Positions 47,895-52,784 of a DNA stretch of 52,784 nt are shown here, piece after piece. The translations under genes were made by a program, and so were the position numbers. Below the pieces are notes generated by a model that ran no database searches, had not been told where the DNA came from, and worked only from the letters and a program-made list of their open reading frames with translations. The stretch covers positions 1-52,784 of the IMG/VR virus record IMGVR_UViG_3300033446_000002; one strand, 5' to 3'. How positions within the stretch are numbered: position 1 is the stretch's first letter; each line of letters opens with the position of its first letter. This DNA comes from a virus (taxonomy: Duplodnaviria; Caudoviricetes).

Positions 47895-49344
47895 CTAATT
47901 TATATAGATAATCTAAAGTGCTTCGAGCTATACTACGTTGATTATCCGATGTCTTTTGATTTACATCTTCTTGTTTGTATTTGAAATTTACACCATATTC
48001 TATATCGTTAAAATAACCAAGAGAATGCAGTATTGGTATTTGATACTCCAGTCTATCTCCAATGTCAGTTCTATACATCAGTGAATTTGGTATTTCTATT
48101 GATTTCACTAATTTATATACTCTATCTTGAGATTCTTGAATAGAACCTCCTATTCCAATACAACACATAATAAAACCACCTGTTGTAGCAAACTCATTTA
48201 CATATTGAATTTTACCATCAATAATTTCAGGCACTTTAGTTTGCATTGCCAAAAACAATTTAATAAATTTTCTATTTTCTTTGGTTATCCCTAGAATTGG
48301 TATTCCTACCTGTTGCTCAACAGGTATTTTATCATAGGGATAATCTGGTTGTGATAAAACCACACATGTAGCAACACTTTCATCTACCCTCAATGTGTCT
48401 TTACCTTGTGTTAAATCCAATAAAAATTGGGCGGGATCGCCTTTATGTAAAGAGCTTTGTAAAGCAAATGTAGGATAACCAAATCTAGTTGTAAACTCTA
48501 ATGGATAGGGAATGCCTTCACCATCAATAATGCAATTAACATCTATATATCCCACGTATTTTATTTTCTTTAAATAACTTTCAATTTTAAATAAAACTTC
48601 TTGAGCTAATTTTGATTTAACACCTAAAATATATCTACCAACTGTTCCTTGCTCGTATGTTGCAACACCCAAATCATCATTCATGAGTTTTTTAAACTCA
48701 AAATTTTCAAAAACATATCTTGAAAAACCTGATTTATAACTAAACCAACCGCCAACTGCCATCTCAATTCCCTTGATGAATTTTTGCAAATAAAATTGAG
48801 GTGGCAATTTACCTAGCTTGTCCCAATGATTTAACATAAACAACAAATCGTTATTATTTCTACTGACATACGTCATAGATTTATCAATTGTTTCGCCGGG
48901 AGGTTTAAAGACAAACCTTTGATCTGAGTTATCAACAATATATTGTTCACATTCATATTTAGTGTTGAATTTTTTACATGGAATAGTATTGAAAATATTA
49001 TATTGTTTAAGAATCTCAATCCCAAATTCTCTATCAGACTCTAATTTACCACCCAAAGAACCTGTGCCAATTATAGGATAATTATCCTCTATCAATTTAT
49101 CTACAAGTTCGTCTTTGTAATTATTTGTAGCAAATAAGATTAAATCTTTCCCTTCTATTTTATCTTCCCATGATGAAGACATTTCCAACAAACCGCTACC
49201 TGTCAAATTATTTCTATCTGTACTGTCAATATAATAGGTAATATCATGACCAATAGCTATACAAGACAATGCAAAATCCAATAAATTATAATTTTGAGGA
49301 TCAATAATTAATATTTTCACTTTTTCTATTCCTTTATAGATCAC
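47887..49344 (-). CDS. PurD-like ATP-grasp ligase
   Basis: KLESDREFG, LQKFIKGIE, FEFKKL, YVGYIDVN, LEFTTRFGYP, YRTDIG. Confidence 0.85.
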   Translation of the reverse strand: MIYKGIEKVKILIIDPQNYNLLDFALSCIAIGHDITYYIDSTDRNNLTGSGLLEMSSSWEDKIEGKDLILFATNNYKDELVDKLIEDNYPIIGTGSLGGKLESDREFGIEILKQYNIFNTIPCKKFNTKYECEQYIVDNSDQRFVFKPPGETIDKSMTYVSRNNNDLLFMLNHWDKLGKLPPQFYLQKFIKGIEMAVGGWFSYKSGFSRYVFENFEFKKLMNDDLGVATYEQGTVGRYILGVKSKLAQEVLFKIESYLKKIKYVGYIDVNCIIDGEGIPYPLEFTTRFGYPTFALQSSLHKGDPAQFLLDLTQGKDTLRVDESVATCVVLSQPDYPYDKIPVEQQVGIPILGITKENRKFIKLFLAMQTKVPEIIDGKIQYVNEFATTGGFIMCCIGIGGSIQESQDRVYKLVKSIEIPNSLMYRTDIGDRLEYQIPILHSLGYFNDIEYGVNFKYKQEDVNQKTSDNQRSIARSTLDYLYKLDV

Positions 49345-49987
49345 GCGACATATAATCGTTATATATCTTTTCTAAATTTTCAATCATTCTACTATAATAC
49401 CATTTATAATAAAAATGCCATTGAAAATAATCAAACCATCCATTAAATATTTCTTCCATGCCCGAAATAGAATATGCGTTTATTTCATGTAAAAATATAG
49501 ATTCATGCTTCCCGCTAGCGGAAAGTAATTTATTAATCTTTTCTATATCATACTTACAGATTTCTCTATTAACCTCATCTCTATATTTATCGTAATTATA
49601 ATACATTGAATGCGCTATACCATGAGGAACAGTATCTTGTCTTTTTATTATATAAGCTATAATATATTCTACTTCAGTCATAGACCTTAAAAGCTCAACC
49701 AACATCTTCTCGCGATCATTTAAATTGTTACACTTTTCAGCAAAATAAAATACAATAGATTTAGGAATATTCAATCCATTCCAGTATCCAATATAATTTA
49801 TATTGTATTTGTTTTTATACAAATCTATTATTTGCTCTAAATTATCAACAATAACACCTTTAAAATCTTTAGATTTGTAATATTCTCTAATTCTAGCAAA
49901 AGCCTTCAGCATTTCTACATTATCTTTACAAAAGATAACAAGCGTTTTGCCATTGTGCAACGTGTATTTTTGTAGTCCACAATCCAT
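49334..49987 (-). CDS. zincin-like protein with altered HExxH (HGIAH...HEINAY)
   Basis: 217 aa; GLNIP, YIIAY, HGIAHSMY. Confidence 0.45.
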   Translation of the reverse strand: MDCGLQKYTLHNGKTLVIFCKDNVEMLKAFARIREYYKSKDFKGVIVDNLEQIIDLYKNKYNINYIGYWNGLNIPKSIVFYFAEKCNNLNDREKMLVELLRSMTEVEYIIAYIIKRQDTVPHGIAHSMYYNYDKYRDEVNREICKYDIEKINKLLSASGKHESIFLHEINAYSISGMEEIFNGWFDYFQWHFYYKWYYSRMIENLEKIYNDYMSRDL

Positions 49988-50568
49988 TAAAATTTCCTAG
50001 TTTTCTTCATTTTTATACAAGAACATCCGTCGTGATAATAATCTTTAACAATTTTGTATGATACAAAACCAACTTTTTCATAAAAGTCACGTAAATATTT
50101 TTTATCTTGACGCACTTCCAATGTCATAGTATTCACACCCATAAAAAGAAAAAGTTTCTCAGCGTTAATCATAAGTAATTTTGCAATGCCATTACTTCTA
50201 AATGAAGGGTGAACTGCTATTGATTCTATATTCATTTTATTAGAAGTTGATTTAAATGCCAATTGAATATAGCCAGCTAGTTTATTACTAATATGAATTA
50301 GTAATATAATTGCATTTGCATGATTTATTATATGGTAAATTTTTGATTTTGTAAGTAAAAAATCACCATATAACAAAGGATCGTAACAAATTCCTTCTAA
50401 TAACAAAAGCTCATCAGTATATTTTTTTTCAACCAAGCAGATACGTTGATCTATTCCTTTTTTCCATAATAAACTATTTGTTATTAATATTGGTTTTGTT
50501 TCTTTAATTTTTATTACTTTAATCATTGTATTTTCATTCTTGAAAATTAATAATGAATAACAATTCAA
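49987..50568 (-). CDS. GNAT (RimI-like) acetyltransferase
   Basis: SIAVHPSFRSNGIA, LEVR, FYEKVGF, DYY. Confidence 0.88.
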   Translation of the reverse strand: MNCYSLLIFKNENTMIKVIKIKETKPILITNSLLWKKGIDQRICLVEKKYTDELLLLEGICYDPLLYGDFLLTKSKIYHIINHANAIILLIHISNKLAGYIQLAFKSTSNKMNIESIAVHPSFRSNGIAKLLMINAEKLFLFMGVNTMTLEVRQDKKYLRDFYEKVGFVSYKIVKDYYHDGCSCIKMKKTRKF

Positions 50569-50582
50569 CTATTGTTTATAGT

Positions 50583-52573
50583 TTAAAAAACTACATTATA
50601 CATGCTTTTTTTATCAAAGTCAACTTTAATTAAAGAATCTGAATAAGGAAAATTTTGAGCATGGGATATAATAAAGACATGATTAGCATCAATTAATTTT
50701 ATTGATTGCAGCACTTGCTCTGTATCTGAATCTCCTAAAAATTTAAATGTTTCATCAAATGACAATACTCCAATTTTACCTAGAATTCCATATAACTTCT
50801 CTAATATTGAAATATCTATAATTGTTTGTTGTCCGCCGCTACACATATCATATTTTATCCATTCATCATTTACTTTAAAATCAATATCAAAATCAGGTCT
50901 TACATCACCATTTGTTAATTTTTTGATAGATCGAACATTAATTTGATTATTTGAAAATATTTGAGATAACTCATTTAAAATTGACAGTAGAATTTCACCT
51001 TTTGGAGAAAACAATTCTAAATATTTCAATAAATCCACTAAATTAGACTCTTTTATTGCAAGAGAATGCTGTGTTTCCTTTAGAGTTGCCTCATCTTTTT
51101 CTATTTTTTCAAGTGAAACCTGATACTTGTTTTTTAATATAAGCAACTGATTAAAACCTGCATTTTCTTCTTTCAATCTCATTACCTCTTGTGAGGCGTT
51201 TATCGGCTGAACATTATGCTCTTCACAAACAGCAAGGATTTTGTGTTGTAAAGCCTCTATTTGATTTTCAGATGTAGTTATAATATCTTTTGCAACAACT
51301 AACTTTCTTTGGTTGTTTTGTTGCTTTATAAAATTATCTTCTTCTGCAAGAATCAACGAAATCTTATTGTCAATTTCAGATATAAGTGATTTAATTTTGT
51401 AATTTTTTAATTCAACACTTTCTATATCAATACTTTCTACGGCTTTTTTACCTTTTTCCAATCTGTTTTCGTTTTCTGAAATACTCAAATCTGTTTTTTG
51501 TTTTAGAGATTCTATTTCTTCTGCATTTAACGAATGTCCGCAAGCATGACATTTTGATTCTTTTAAGACATCTCTTTGCTTTTTTAAACTATCAATATTT
51601 AAATGAATTTTATTGATTTCATTTTTATATTTTTCTAATAATTTTTGTCTGCGTATTAATTCAGAGGTCGATTCTTCAAGCAAAGACAATAAGTTATTTT
51701 TTTCTAATAGTAACGGTGTTTTATCCGTTGATTTTGATAATAATTGTGGTAAATCTGATAATGATTCAACAACTTTGCGGTTAATTTGTTGTTGTTTAGA
51801 ATATGATTCTGTTTTTTCGTTTAATTCTATTATCAAAGAATAGATAGAAATTAATCTCAAATTATCTGAGATTAACGATTGATAATCAACATTACTATTC
51901 CAATGCGCTATCTGTTCCTTTCTTGCATTTATTGTCGCTATTTTACTGTTTATTTCATTTGAAATTAAACCAATCTCATTTTTTAATTTAGCAACATCAT
52001 CAACAACTAATCCGTACATCTTGTCTAATATATCTAAGTTTAGAATGTCAGATATTAAAGAAACACGTTCTGAATAAGAATAGCTACTTAAAAAACCTTC
52101 TCTACGCTGATTAAAGAAAAAAACATTAAATAATTTCAAAAATCTCAAATTATTTGAAATGTGACTTTTTATACTTGATTGGTTTTCAGATTCTATGAGT
52201 TTATTATTAATCTTGTATATTAAATAACCACTGTTTTTAGCGTAACCTCGCTCAATATAATGTGTATGTCCTTGATATACAATTTCAACAGAAACACTCA
52301 TTGACTTTGAGTTTAATTTAACTAAATCTTTTAGATTAATAGAATCTTTTGCATCTAAAAAAACATATCTAATAGCATTGACCAATGTGGACTTTCCACT
52401 GCCAACATCTCCCTGTATCAAAGTAATGCCTTCTTTGGGAGCGAATCTTAAATATTCAACAGAACGAAAGTTTTTTAATTCTACATAATTAATAGTAAAA
52501 TTACAATCAATATGTGATTCAACTCCATCTTTTATTTTATTAAAATAATGTGAATGAAGATGTGACATATCAA
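50583..52573 (-). CDS. Rad50/SbcC (gp46-like) ATPase; probably the 3' exon downstream of a group II intron
   Basis: LKNFRS, GDVGSGKS, CHAC hook, CSGGQ, FDE, ISH. Confidence 0.9.
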
Positions 52574-52784
52574 GTTGAGTCAACGCCTACTATTATATAG
52601 GACGCTTCTCGATTAAATCCGTGCATGAGACTTTCACCTCACACGGCTCCCGAATTTGTTAGGTTTATCAGACCTTTGCTATACGTGGAGTGGATTTCTA
52701 TGTGACATGAGCGATGTATTGCTATTAAGTTTTTAGGCTTGTTGTCACTGTGATTTCCATTTATATGGTGTAATTCAACTGGTT
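52574..52784 (-). mobile_element. 3' end of group II intron (domains V-VI)
   Basis: GAGCCGTGTGAGGTGAAAGTCTCATGCACGG (DV), DVI hairpin, ends ...GACTCAAC. Confidence 0.88.
52639..52782 (-). CDS. C-terminal HNH domain of intron-encoded protein (partial)
   Basis: VELHHINGNHSDNKPKNLIAIHRSCHIEIH; stop inside DV. Confidence 0.85.
   Translation of the reverse strand, partial: PVELHHINGNHSDNKPKNLIAIHRSCHIEIHSTYSKGLINLTNSGAV

Noticed and set aside
1-52784. tRNA/rRNA genes, inteins, host assignment
   Set aside because: None recognised by eye; host cannot be inferred reliably without searches

Overview
AT-rich (visibly low GC) segment of a large T4-like (Tevenvirinae-style) myovirus genome, almost all on the minus strand. 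1-36 kb is the virion module: baseplate, tape-measure-like protein, SLT, tail tube and sheath, neck, major capsid, fused protease-scaffold, portal and terminase. 37.8-52.8 kb is the replication/metabolism module: PolA, DinG helicase, Cas4-like nuclease, primase, PurD-like ATP-grasp, GNAT and Rad50/gp46. Main observations: (1) a group I intron (27242-28037) splits the major capsid gene and carries an ORF with no recognisable homing-endonuclease motif; (2) the 3' end of a group II intron with an HNH-type IEP tail sits at the Rad50-like gene; (3) more than 12 otherwise unrelated proteins share an N-terminal leader MSLAxNIIxxINE, resembling a T4 capsid-targeting/protease-cleaved signal, fused to swappable cargo (an LRR domain, a degenerate DUF262/GmrS domain, an acidic repeat) in duplicated cassettes; (4) four copies of a structured GC-rich ~80-bp hairpin form two long inverted-repeat doublets bracketing the morphogenesis block; (5) two plus-strand islands have near-consensus sigma70 promoters. 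All calls are from reading motifs by eye; no database search was run.
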